This document shows, piece by piece, positions 13,870-24,718 of a stretch of DNA of 64,000 nucleotides. Every line of letters starts with the position of its first letter. The first letter of the stretch is position 1. The DNA is from Hyaloraphidium curvatum SAG 235-1 (Eukaryota; Fungi; Monoblepharomycota): contig JAIVFI010000022.1 in NCBI GenBank assembly GCA_025558095.1, forward strand, positions 434,001 through 498,000, given 5' to 3'. Below the pieces are notes generated by a model. It had not been told where the DNA came from, made no database searches, and saw only the letters and a program-made list of their open reading frames with translations. The translations under genes and the position numbers were made by a program.

Positions 13870-15996
13870 ATGCGGCGGGCCGCGCTGTGTGCCGCTCCGT
13901 GGCGGTTCTCGCCCTCCGCATCGTTTCGACCGCATGCGCTGGGGCCCTTGGGCCCGCGATGGCCGGCGGTGTGCCCAACCGCGTGCCGGCTGCCTCCCAC
14001 CCCGGGGACGAGAACAGCCGCCTCGGCCACAGATCAGAAGGCAAAGACGCCGAAATCCGGTGCCACAAAGGGCCCTGCATCGGGCCCCGCCGGCTTGGCC
14101 GACCTCTTGCCCGCCAGCGGCGCCAAGAAGGGATCGGCGATCTCGATCGTGACGGAGATGCTCAAGTTCGTGTGGCCAAAGGCGGAGTGGGGCACGCGCG
14201 GCCGCGTCATGTTTGCCATGGGCCTGCTGGTCACGGGAAAGGTGCTGAACGTGACGGTGCCGTGGTTCTTCAAGCAGACCGTCGACATCCTCGGGGCGGC
14301 CCCCGTCGAGGGCAGCTACGCCCTGACCGGCGCCGGCGCCATGCTGCTAGGTTACGGCGCCGCCCGCCTCGGCTCGAACCTCGCGCAGGAGCTGCGCAAC
14401 GCGACCTTTGCCTCGGTCAGCCAGCGCGCCGTGCGTCGGGCCGCCCGCGGCGTATTCGACCACCTGCTGCACCTGGACCTGCGCTTCCACCTCTCGCGCC
14501 AGACCGGCGCGCTGACGCGGGCCATCGACCGCGGCACCAAGGCCATCAACCAGCTCCTGACCATGCTGGTCTTCAACGTCGTGCCCACCGTGCTCGAGAT
14601 CGGCCTCGTGTGCGGCGTCCTGTCCTACAATTACGGGGTTCAGTACGCCGTGGCCACCGTCGCCACCCTGGGCGCCTACACGGCCTGGACCTTCAGCACC
14701 ACGGCGTGGCGGGTCAAGATCCGTCGCAGGATGAACGCCGCGGACAACGAGGGCGCCAACCGCGCCACGGACTCGCTAATCAACTTCGAGGCGGTCAAGT
14801 ACTTTGGCAACGAGAAGTTTGAGGCGCGCCAGTACGACGAGTCGCTGGAAAAGTACGAGCAGGCCGCGCTCAAGACGGCCTACTCGCTCGCGTTGTTGAA
14901 CGCGGGCCAGAACGCCATCTTCAGCGTCGCCCTGACGGGGATGATGTATATGGCGGCCGGCGACGTGGCCTCGGGCCTGCTCACGGTCGGCGACCTGGTC
15001 ATGATCAACGGCCTCGTGTTCCAGCTCTCGATGCCGCTCAACTTCCTCGGCACCGTGTACCGCGAGACGGCGCAGGCGCTGACGGACATGGAGACCATGT
15101 TTGCCCTGCGAGGGGTGGACAGCAAGACGACCGACGCCCCCGGCACCCGGCCCCTGGTGCTTTCGTCGGCGCCCGCGATCCGCTTTGACAACGTCGTGTT
15201 CGGCTACCGCGACGACCGCCCGCCCGTGCTCAACGGCCTGACCCTCGAGATCCCCGCCGGCGCGCGCGCGGCCATCGTCGGCCCCAGTGGTTGCGGCAAG
15301 TCGACCGTGCTCAAGCTCCTCTTCCGCTTCTTCGAGCCCCGCAGCGGCTCCGTCATGATCGCCGGCGAGGACGTGCGCAACTTCGACCTGCGCTCGCTGC
15401 GGGACAGCATCGGCGTGGTCCCGCAGGACACGCCGCTCTTCAACCGCACGATCCTGTACAACATCCGGTACGGCCGCACCGACGCTTCGGACGAGGAGGT
15501 CTACGACGCCGCGCGGCGCGCGCGCATCCACGAAACCATCCTCGAGCGGTTCCCCGACGGGTACGCGAGCCAGGTCGGCGAGCGCGGGCTGATGATCTCG
15601 GGGGGCGAGAAGCAGCGCGTGGCGCTGGCCCGCGCGCTGCTCAAGGACCCGCCGATCATGCTCTTCGACGAGGCCACGTCGAGCCTGGACTCGGCGACCG
15701 AGGGCGAGATCATGGACAACATCCGCGCGGTGCTGGCGTCGCCCGTAAAACGGCCCGGCGGGCCCGCAGGCGCGGAGAGGGGCGGGCGGACGGCGGTGTT
15801 TGTCGCGCACAGGCTGAGCACCGTGGCCGACTGCGACGTCATCTTTGTGCTGCAGGCCGGGCGGCTGGTGGAGCAGGGGTCGCACGAGGAGCTGGTGCGC
15901 AGGCCCGAAGGGCTGTACGCGTCCATGTGGCGGGCGCAGCTGCAGGACACGGACACGGAACCCGCCGGCGCGGCGGCGGAGGAGTCGATGAAATAA
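13870..15996 (+). CDS. ATM1: Mitochondrial ABC half-transporter Atm1/ABCB7 (single exon)
   Basis: Arg/Ala-rich presequence, KVLNVTVPWFFK, LDLRFHLSRQTGALTRAIDRGTK and DSLINFEAVKYF. Walker A GPSGCGKS, signature ISGGEKQR, Walker B FDEATS, and AHRLST are all present. Confidence 0.95.
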   Translation: MRRAALCAAPWRFSPSASFRPHALGPLGPRWPAVCPTACRLPPTPGTRTAASATDQKAKTPKSGATKGPASGPAGLADLLPASGAKKGSAISIVTEMLKFVWPKAEWGTRGRVMFAMGLLVTGKVLNVTVPWFFKQTVDILGAAPVEGSYALTGAGAMLLGYGAARLGSNLAQELRNATFASVSQRAVRRAARGVFDHLLHLDLRFHLSRQTGALTRAIDRGTKAINQLLTMLVFNVVPTVLEIGLVCGVLSYNYGVQYAVATVATLGAYTAWTFSTTAWRVKIRRRMNAADNEGANRATDSLINFEAVKYFGNEKFEARQYDESLEKYEQAALKTAYSLALLNAGQNAIFSVALTGMMYMAAGDVASGLLTVGDLVMINGLVFQLSMPLNFLGTVYRETAQALTDMETMFALRGVDSKTTDAPGTRPLVLSSAPAIRFDNVVFGYRDDRPPVLNGLTLEIPAGARAAIVGPSGCGKSTVLKLLFRFFEPRSGSVMIAGEDVRNFDLRSLRDSIGVVPQDTPLFNRTILYNIRYGRTDASDEEVYDAARRARIHETILERFPDGYASQVGERGLMISGGEKQRVALARALLKDPPIMLFDEATSSLDSATEGEIMDNIRAVLASPVKRPGGPAGAERGGRTAVFVAHRLSTVADCDVIFVLQAGRLVEQGSHEELVRRPEGLYASMWRAQLQDTDTEPAGAAAEESMK

Positions 15997-16131
15997 GTGT
16001 ATCACACGGCAACGCCGGCCGCACCGCGTACATGGATGCGCCGCCCAGAGCCCAAACGCGACATGCCCAGCAAACCCTCTATCCCGCCCCCCCGTCCCCG
16101 TGCTCCCTGCGACGCGCCGGACGCAATCCAA

Positions 16132-17110
16132 TCACAAGATGGAGCACTTGGAGCTCTTCTTCTTGGGCGGCCGGACGGTGAGCGCCGCCCGGGTCGCGTT
16201 CTCGAAAACCTCCCGCACACCCTCGCCGGTCTTGGCCGAGCACTCGAGGTAGGTGTAGGCGCCGATTTTTTGCGCGACGGCACGGCCCTGAATCGCGGAG
16301 CCCGTGGTCAGTATAGCTCGAAGCTCGCAGGAATAGTGAAGACGGAAAGGGGATCCCGCACTGCTGGAAAGCCCCCTCGAAGCGAAAAGAAAACCCGCTT
16401 CGGAGCCCTCGGCGCCAACGCAAGATGTGCCGCATTCACCACGGCATACGGCCTCGGCGGCGAGCCAAATTCCGCGGCCAAATGAATTTTCGGCGGGAAG
16501 GAAACCGCCGTCCAGCCTCCGGCAGTCCGAAGCCCCGCGGAAGGATACCCCAGATGAAACGCCCCGCGAAATACCCACCTCCTCGTACGGCACCGGCTTC
16601 TGGTGCGTCTTTGCAAGCTCCTGCACCACCCTCGGGTCGCTCCGCAGGTCCCTCTTGAGGCCGACGAGGATGATGGGCAGGCCCGCGCAGAAGTGGAGCA
16701 CCTCCGAGATCCACTTTTCCTGCACGTTGTCGAGCGAGTCGGGCGAGTCGACGGCGTAGCAGATGAGGATCACGTGCGAGTCGGGGTAGGAGAGGGGGCG
16801 GAGCCGGTCGTAGTCTTCCTGGCCTGGGGACGGGGGCGGGTCGGCACGGGAAGCATTCCGGGCTCCGGGGCAACCCACCAGCGGTATCCCACAGGGCAAG
16901 CTCGACGTGCTTGCCGTCGACGTCGACATCGGCGACGTAGTTCTCGAACACGGTGGGCACGTAGACCTTCTGGGGGTGAGCTGCGAGCGGACAGGAGACG
17001 GTCCCACGCACCTCGGGGAACTTTCCTTGCGAGAAGCGGATCAGCAGGCACGTCTTGCCGCACGCGCCGTCGCCGACGATGACGAGCTTGCGGCGAATGG
17101 GCGCGGCCAT
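16132..17110 (-). CDS. RHO1: Rho1 small GTPase
   Basis: [45 protein letters not shown] and ECSAK, ending in a polybasic stretch and CAAX box (CSIL). Three introns. Confidence 0.95.
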
Positions 17111-17615
17111 GTTGGCTGCTGAGGGCGCGGTGAGCTGTTTGCCCTCTAAAATCACCGGCGGGGCGGCAGCGCGGTGCGACGGGGGCGGCGCGTGCAATGC
17201 CGCGGCGGCGGAGGAGGCCTGCTGTCGCGGGTGCGGGCAGCCAGCCGGCGGTGCCGCGGGTCTGTTGTCGTCCGCGCCGCCCGCCGCCCGCCCGCGTGCA
17301 GCGCGCCGCCGCCGCCGAAGGACTGCGTACCTTTAGCGCGGCGCTAATCGGATCCGACTGCTCGCTCGCGAGGCGCCGGAGACAAGACCGGAGCCACGGG
17401 ATGTGCTTGGTGGGACAAGCAGGCAACGCACGCGGCACCGCACCCTGCGATCGGCCCTTCACATGGCAATCTCGGTGCCACTGCATTCACAGCATCGCCG
17501 CGCTCGATCCGGGGAGATTTCAACAGAAATACCACTTCTACTCTACTTTACGGCCGGCGCCTCTCGCTCTCTCTAGATCTGCAGGTATCGGCGCCCCCAA
17601 CCCCACCCCAAAACC

Positions 17616-18887
17616 TCACAGGCGCGAGTACCCGTAGTCCCCTTTGAGGTCCCTCCACAGCGTCGGCGACGGAAACACAACCCGCGAGGGCGGCAGCGGC
17701 GGCGCGTTGCCGAGGTGGTTCGACACGCGGCGCTCCGTCACGCGGAAGATGCGGTCGCGCGGGTCCGGGGGAGGGAGCAGGATCGCCTGCATCTCGGGGG
17801 AGAGAGTCTGCGGCTGCACGTCGGGGACAGGCTGGTTAAGGAAGGGGATGGGCGGGGGGCGGGGTCGCGCGGCCGCGGCGGCGCGTCCGAAGGTCGGCAG
17901 GGCGGGCAGCGGTTGCATGCGGAGGGGGGCGGGGGCGGGCACGGATTCGGCATCCAGTGCACCGCTAGCAGGGAAAGCAGGGCCGGAAAGCGGATTCCGT
18001 CCCTCTTCGGCGGCCTGCAACGTCCGATCGGGTGCCGGGACGGCCGAGAAAGCCGATTGCACGGCTTGCGGCAATCCAGGTGCAAACAACGGCCCCTGTA
18101 CCATGCGCGGGCCGTCTCTCCACATCATGGGCCGGTCGATCGGGGCCTGGTATAGCGGAGGCGGCGGGACCGGGCGATCCGGCGCCGTCCACGGCATCCC
18201 CTGGCCCGCCGCCTGCTGGGTTTCGCCGATCCGTTCAGCCTCGCGGGTCTCCGCCTGCCGATCATCCTGCTGCCTCGGATCGGAGGCCGCCACCAGCGAG
18301 CCCCGCCGCACGGGCGACAGGGGCGGCGACCAGTCGTCCGCATCGCCGTTGGTCGGCGCGGGGACGTCCTGGTCGGCCCACTGCAGGCGGTAGTACAGCT
18401 TCGACAGCTCGCGGTCGCCTCTGGCCGCGGGATGGTCGGAAGCCGCGGTGCCGGAGGCCGCCGCCGACGCTTCCGCCGCGGAGCCGGCGGCCGACGGATC
18501 CTGCCCGCCGTCCGCGGGCTCCGCGGCCGTTTCCGCGGCCTCTGCGGGTTCAGAGTGCTCATTTTGGTCGTCCGATGCGGCGCGGATCGCCTCCCCCGCG
18601 GTGTCGGGCGAGCCTCCGTCTTTGGCCTCGGCCGTCTCCCCCGCCGATTCGGGATCGCCGCCGGCGACCTCAAATGCGTCCTGCACCGCTCGGCTCAGCC
18701 GACCCGCCTTTGCCAATCGCAGCGCTGCGCGTACCTCCGGATTCGAGCGCCCTTCGTGGCCGCGGCGTTTAGCCGCCGGCTCGCCGATCCCGGCAATGTC
18801 GACGCCCGAGTCGCGGCGGTCCCGCGCCGCGGCGTCGTCCGCGACCGCCGCCACCCGGCTGCTCGCGGCCTGCGCCGTCGCGAGCAT
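17616..18887 (-). CDS. Hypothetical Ala/Pro-rich, largely disordered protein
   Basis: Long ORF filling an otherwise gene-free 1.4 kb, with short ordered-looking islands (LSKLYYRLQWADQD; FRVTERRVSNHLG). Ends in SRL. Start is uncertain. Confidence 0.5.
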   Translation of the reverse strand: MLATAQAASSRVAAVADDAAARDRRDSGVDIAGIGEPAAKRRGHEGRSNPEVRAALRLAKAGRLSRAVQDAFEVAGGDPESAGETAEAKDGGSPDTAGEAIRAASDDQNEHSEPAEAAETAAEPADGGQDPSAAGSAAEASAAASGTAASDHPAARGDRELSKLYYRLQWADQDVPAPTNGDADDWSPPLSPVRRGSLVAASDPRQQDDRQAETREAERIGETQQAAGQGMPWTAPDRPVPPPPLYQAPIDRPMMWRDGPRMVQGPLFAPGLPQAVQSAFSAVPAPDRTLQAAEEGRNPLSGPAFPASGALDAESVPAPAPLRMQPLPALPTFGRAAAAARPRPPPIPFLNQPVPDVQPQTLSPEMQAILLPPPDPRDRIFRVTERRVSNHLGNAPPLPPSRVVFPSPTLWRDLKGDYGYSRL

Positions 18888-19130
18888 TGCCCCGCGCGGC
18901 GCACCGATCTCTGTCGCGCGGTGGTTCGCGCCGCAGAAAACCGCGGGATCGGCGCGCAACACCCGCACGCAGCCCGCCAGCCAGATCAACCAAGCAAACA
19001 CCACTCGCGTGGCAAACACGAGCGGGCGCCGCACGGGGTTTTCCACGGAGCCGACCTTGCTGCCAGAGGCGCATCACTAGCTTGGACCCAACGGAGGCGC
19101 CTCCCCGAATCCCGCTGGGCTCGTTCCCCA

Positions 19131-19415
19131 ATGCCGAAGCACAAACTCGTTCAGGTCCCCAGCGGCGAGGACGACCCGCGGCAGTTCCCCACCCTGCGCA
19201 ACTTCTGCGCGGCATTCCACGCCGCTTCCCACGCGTGCATCGAGCGGACCTACGCCGGCCTCGACAAGGCCGCCTGCGACCCGTTCTACGACGCGTTCAA
19301 GGAGTGCAAGAAGCGCTACAACGCGATCAGGATGCGGTACGAGCAGGAGCTGGTGAAGCTGGAGGACGTGCCGAGGAAGGACTCGGAGCAGCCGCCGTCC
19401 CTGGAAAACTTGTGA
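19131..19415 (+). CDS. Twin CX9C mitochondrial intermembrane-space protein (Cox23/CHCHD7-like)
   Basis: C-AAFHAASHA-C...C-DPFYDAFKE-CKK forms two CX9C motifs in a 94-aa protein. Confidence 0.75.
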   Translation: MPKHKLVQVPSGEDDPRQFPTLRNFCAAFHAASHACIERTYAGLDKAACDPFYDAFKECKKRYNAIRMRYEQELVKLEDVPRKDSEQPPSLENL

Positions 19416-19586
19416 GGTGGTGGGACCTCGGTCGGCACGGATTGCGGATCGGACCCGTGGCTCGGTACACGGAAGGACATTGCTTGATACTAGGACGTGG
19501 ATTTATGACCTTGCGGCGAGGCGATGGAAGCGACGGCAGTGGAATGGATGGCAAGGCGCCGGATGGCATCACATTCCCGCTTCGGC

Positions 19587-20575
19587 TCAATCCCACACGT
19601 CCCCGAAATCGTCCGCCGGCGGCTTCGGCTTCCTCTGCACCGCGGCTCCAGGCGGCGGCACGTACCGCATCCCGATCCCCGCCGCCCGCTGCTCCGCCTT
19701 GTGCTGTTTCAGCCGCGCATCCTGCTCCTCCGCCAGGGCAGCCTTGGCCGCCTTGAGCTTCTCCGCTTTTGCGCGGTTCTTGCGCTGCGTTTTCGTGAGC
19801 TCCTCCGTCGGCTGGCCGGGGACGGATTGGGGAGGCGGAGGGGCCGGCTTGCTCGCCGCGGGCTTGGGCGCCGGTGCGCCTGGCGGATGGGGTTCGTCAG
19901 CCGACGCACGGTCGCAATCCGACGCCGCAGCCAACCTTTGCCCTTGACGGTCGTCCATCCGTCCGCCTCAGGCAACCGCGGCTTCTCCTCCGCCTTCGGC
20001 TCCACAATCCGCATCACCCTGTGCTCCACAAACTCCTCCGCCTCGTCCGTTTCCAGCCACTTTGCCCCGGCATCCGGCGCGGGTTCCACCAGCACCGTCC
20101 GCCGCGCCTCGGCCGGGGGCTTGGCGTCCCCGGACGCGATCGACGCGTAGCTCGCCGCCGGCGGCGCCTCCGCGTCCCCGGGCGCCTTCTTGCCCTTCTT
20201 GGCCTTTTTCCCGGCCGGCGGCGGTTCGGGCGCACGGGAGGGCTCGGGATCGGGCGGGGCCGCGCGCGCGGGAGGCGCGGCGCTTTGTCCGGCGGGCTGC
20301 GGGGCGGGTGCGGCCCGGGGCGCGTCGGCCGCGGGTTTCGCGCCCGTTGCGGCGTGCGCATCGTCCAGACGCGCGGGAGGCGCCACGCGCTGCGCATCGC
20401 CCTCGTTCTCCGCGGCTTTGCCCTTCTTCTTCTTGGCCTTCTTGGCCGCGGGCTCGTCGAAGGCGCCGGGGAGCGCGTCGTGGCCCGCCCGTGGCGGCGA
20501 CTTCGTGGCCAACAGATAGACGATGAAGGGCAGTGCGCCTAGGAGCACGAATCCGGCGGCTTCCGTGATATGCAT
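19587..20575 (-). CDS. Hypothetical single-pass membrane protein with Lys/Pro-rich tail and C-terminal coiled coil
   Basis: N-terminal TM (GFVLLGALPFIVYLL), DGWTTVKGK, then one intron near 19880-19935 joining to ELTKTQRKNRAKAEKLK. An alternative start lies at 20617. Confidence 0.65.
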
Positions 20576-20740
20576 CGTTGCGAACTCGGGAGAGCTAATA
20601 GCGAACTCCCTTGGCATGGCTGTGAAAGCGCGCGGGCACGAGGAGGCGAGGAGCGTTTCTCTTGTCAACCTTCGACCCCCGGAAGACCTGCTTTCTGGCC
20701 TCGTGAAGCTCGAAGGAAGACCGCTCGAGCCGTTTTCGCG

Positions 20741-23700
20741 ATGGACTACACCTATCGGCCGAAGAAGCCGGCCAACGGGCTCCCCAAATCGCCCCTCTCG
20801 AATGGCTCCTCGAAACCCGCCGGCGAGCCCGCAAAGGCGGCCCCGAAACCCCCCTCCTCGACCGATACCCTGAACCAGAAGCTCTCGGGCATGACGCTCA
20901 CCGTCACCCCCGATCCCGCGGAATGGGACGGCGACGTCCGCGGCGCCCTCGCTTCGGGCGTGCTGGGCGGGATCCAGGCCGTGCTGCGGGACAAAAAGGC
21001 GGCTGCTGCCGCCAAGGAATCGGCGCTGAGCTCGCTGATTTCCATGATGCCCGGCGGCAAATCCGATTCCAAGGCCCTCCTGCCCTTCCTCCTCCCCCTG
21101 CTCCCGACGCTCCTGGACCTGTACGCCGAAAAGGCAAAGTCGACAGTGGAGCTGGCCAATAGGGCCACCAACGCTTTGCTTAAGCTGCCGAGCGCCTGGG
21201 CCTACTTCCCTGCCGTCTTTCCCGTGCTCTTGGATGTGGCAAAGAGCTCGGGGCCGAAGAAGGAGAGCCGGGTGGCCGCCCTGAAGCACCTGGGGGCGCT
21301 GGTCAAGCGGGGCGCCGGCAGACAGGTCGCGGAGCACCTGCCCGAGATCATCGAGGGGATCGAGCAGTGCCTGCACGACATTTCGGACGACGTCAGCAAG
21401 AACGCCATCAAGGTGCGTTGATCCGTGGAGGTTCCTTGGCCGGCCGCCAATCTGATCACATCCCACACTCAACAGGCGCTCACCGAGCTCTGTGCCGTCA
21501 TCACCAACGCCGATATTGTCCAGCACACCGAAATCCTCGTCTCCTGCATGGCTCGCCCAAACGAGGTCACCTCCTGCATCGACAAGATCGCGCGCACGAC
21601 GTTTGTCGCCACCGTCGACGGCCCCAGTCTTGCTGTGATGGTTCCCCTGCTCCTTCGCGCGCTCCAGGAGCGGTCGGCCGCGGTGATGAGGCAGACCGCC
21701 ATCATCATCGAGAACCTCTCCAAGCTGGTTGTGGACCCCGCCGAGGGCCGCAAGTTCCTCCCTCTCCTCCTGCCCGGCGTGGAAAAGATGGCCGAGACGG
21801 CGGCTTTCCCCGAGATCCGCACCCTCGCGCTCGGGGCCAAGAACTCGATAAAGAACGTCCTGGAGAAGGGCGCCGCGCCCGGGGCCGTGGTTGACTCGCG
21901 CATTTCCAACCTCGTGTTTCCGTTTGCGAAGCTGGACCTCGTGGCGAAGAAAGTCGCCTCGGTCGTCGAGGACCGCCTCATTTCGGCTGCCAAGTCGTCC
22001 TCGGAAGAGGGCGAGGGACCCGGGGAGAACGGCCTCAACGGCGTGGCCAACGGCAACGGACATGCGCACGGCCTGGGCGCGGACCTCCGTCAGAGCATTG
22101 ACTCGGTGGTGGCGCCCTCGCTGCTGGAGCTCATCAACTTCCAGGAGTACGACCAGGCGGAATGGAACGCCTCCATCATCCCCTACCTCAAGCCCCTGCT
22201 CCCCGTCGCCGAATCCGCCGCCGCCGTCGCCGAGTCGATCGCGGACGACATCTACAACCACTACGACCTCGAGTACCAGAAGGTTGCCGGGCCGCGCGCC
22301 GTCTCCCCCGTGGACCCCAACGAGGTGCCGCTCTGTGACATCACCTTCTCCCTCGCCTACGGTACCAAGCTCCTCCTCCACAACGCGCACATGCGGCTCG
22401 TCCGCGGGCGGCGCTACGGCCTCATCGGCCGCAACGGCGCCGGCAAGAGTACGCTGATGCGGTCCATCGCGGACGGCAAGGTGGAGAACTTCCCGGGCAA
22501 GGAGGAAGGGGTGCGGAGCATCTTTGTCGAGCACACGATCCAGGGCGAGGACAGCGAGCGGAATATCGTCGATTTCGTCATGGCATCCTTCAAGGAGGAC
22601 GATGCGCCGCCGGGCAAGCCGGATGCATTTTCGCGGGAGAACGTGGAGCGGTCGCTGCGGTCCGTCAGCTTCGACGACATGTTTCTGGGGATGCACGTCG
22701 GGGCGCTCAGCGGCGGTTGGAAAATGAAGCTGGCCCTGGCGCGCGCCGTGCTCTCCGAGGCCGATCTTTGGCTCCTCGACGAACCCACGAACCACCTTGG
22801 TAGGTTTTCATGCTGTGCGATCGTAGGCAGGGATTGCGGCTAACAATCGGACCGTTTTTCAGACCAAGCGACTGTCAAGTGGCTCATGAACTACCTCCTT
22901 GCGCTCAAGGACGTTACCATCCTCACCGTCTCGCACGACACCAACTTCCTCGACACCGTCCTCACCGACGTCCTCCACTACGAAAAGAACAAGAAGCTCA
23001 AGCACTACCGCGGCAACCTCGAGGACTTTGTCCGCCAGCGCCCCGAGGCCAAGACCTACTACACCCTTTCCGCCTCGGAGCTCAAGCTCGCCTTTCCCCG
23101 CGCCGGCATCCTCACCGGCATCCGCTCCCAGACCAAGGCCATCCTCTCCATGAACGACGTGACGTACACATACCCCGGCCGCGACACGCCCTCGCTGCAG
23201 AACGTCTCGTGCAAGATCTCGCTGTCGTCCAAGGTCGCCGTGCTGGGTCCCAACGGCGCCGGCAAGAGCACGCTGATCAAGGTGCTCACGGGCGAGGTGG
23301 TGCCGCAGCAGGGGAGCGTGAGCAAGCACCCCAACCTGCGCGTGGGCTACATTGCCCAACACGCGTTCCACCACCTGGATCACCACCTGGAGCTGAGTGG
23401 GTTGTGGAAACGAACGTGCGCTTGGCAGTGCTGACCTTGTTGTTTTGGCAGCGCCAAACAAGTACGTCCAGTGGCGGTACGCGACGGGCGAGGACCGCGA
23501 GGTCACCGAGAAGGAATCCCGCAAGATGTCCGAGGCGGAGCGCGAGCAGATGGAGGTCAAGATCGAGGTCCGCCCCGGCGAGTTCCGGCGGATCGAGTGC
23601 CTCGTCGGGCGGCAGAAGCTCGCCAAGTCGTACCAGTACGAGATCAAGTGGCGCGGCATGGAGCACCGCGACAACACCTGGGTCCCGCGGGAGCGGCTGG

Positions 23701-24446
23701 TGGACCGCGGCTTCGGCAAGCTCGTGCAGGCATTCGACGACCGCGAGGCCTCGCGCGAGGGGCTCGTTACCCGGGAGCTGAACCCGACGCTGATCAGGAA
23801 GCATTTCGAGGACATGGGGCTCGAGGGCGACATCGCCGACCACACACGGATCGGCATGTTGTCGGGTGGGCAGAAGGTCAAGGTCGTGCTGGCCGGTGCG
23901 CTGTGGAACCAGCCGCACGTGCTGGTGCTGGACGAGCCGACCAACTTCTTGGATCGGGAGACGCTGGGTGCGCTGGCCACGGCGATCCGGGACTGGAACG
24001 GTGCGTGGTGGTTGGGCCTGCCTGTCCGACTGTTTGCTGACTTTACTTGTGCAATCACAGGCGCCGTGCTCATGATTTCGCACGCGGCCGAGTTTGTTTC
24101 GGCCCTTGCGACCGAGACCTGGCACGTCGAGGGCGGACGGCTCACGCAGACGGGCCGGCAGTCTGTCCGGGACGATTTGTTCGAGGACGCGGCGTCATCG
24201 GGTACCGGAGGCGGGCGCGACTCGGATGCCGGCAGCTCCGTCGCCGGCGACAACAGCAGCCATTCGGTGGTCGACGCCAACCTCGAGGAGAAGGTCGAGC
24301 GGCTCAAGGCCAAGCGCAAGAAGCTGACCAACAAGCAGCTCAAGGAGCGCGCCACGCGGCGGCGGCTGCGGCATCTGGAGTGGCTGGCCAGCGGCAAGGG
24401 GCTCGAGGATAAGCCCGTGGACACGGATTCCGAGTCGGAGAAGTGA
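20741..24446 (+). CDS. NEW1: eEF3-family ribosome-associated ABC ATPase, New1/Elf1 type
   Basis: HEAT-like N-terminus (TTFVATVDGPSLAVMVPLL.RAL) and two ABC domains (GRNGAGKST/LSGGWKMKL; GPNGAGKST/LSGGQKVKV) with a chromodomain insert (RQKL.KSYQYEIKW...FDDREASREGL). The tail RRRLRHLEWL...KPVDTD is New1-like. Confidence 0.88.
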
Positions 24447-24718
24447 TCGGAGTCGCGGAACGGATGTCGGACATGCTATTGCATCGAGTTGAGCGCATCA
24501 CGTAGACGTAGATTAGAGCAGGCCTAGAGGATGAGCTGTAGACATGCAACACCGATGGATCTGACTGCGCGAGCGGGCTGTCCGGGGTCGGAGTTAGCCG
24601 GTGGCGGCGGCCGATTGATGGGGGGAGGTTGTGGTTCTACCGGCAAGTCCAAACAGAGCTCTTCAAAGACCCGGCACCAAACAGTCCGGCCGATGCCCTG
24701 CGGCCCTTTCCCGGCCGC

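Noticed and set aside
19709-22795. 1028-aa minus-strand ORF
   Set aside because: Mostly the antisense shadow of NEW1, because high GC3 suppresses stops. It runs by chance into the real small gene starting near 20575.
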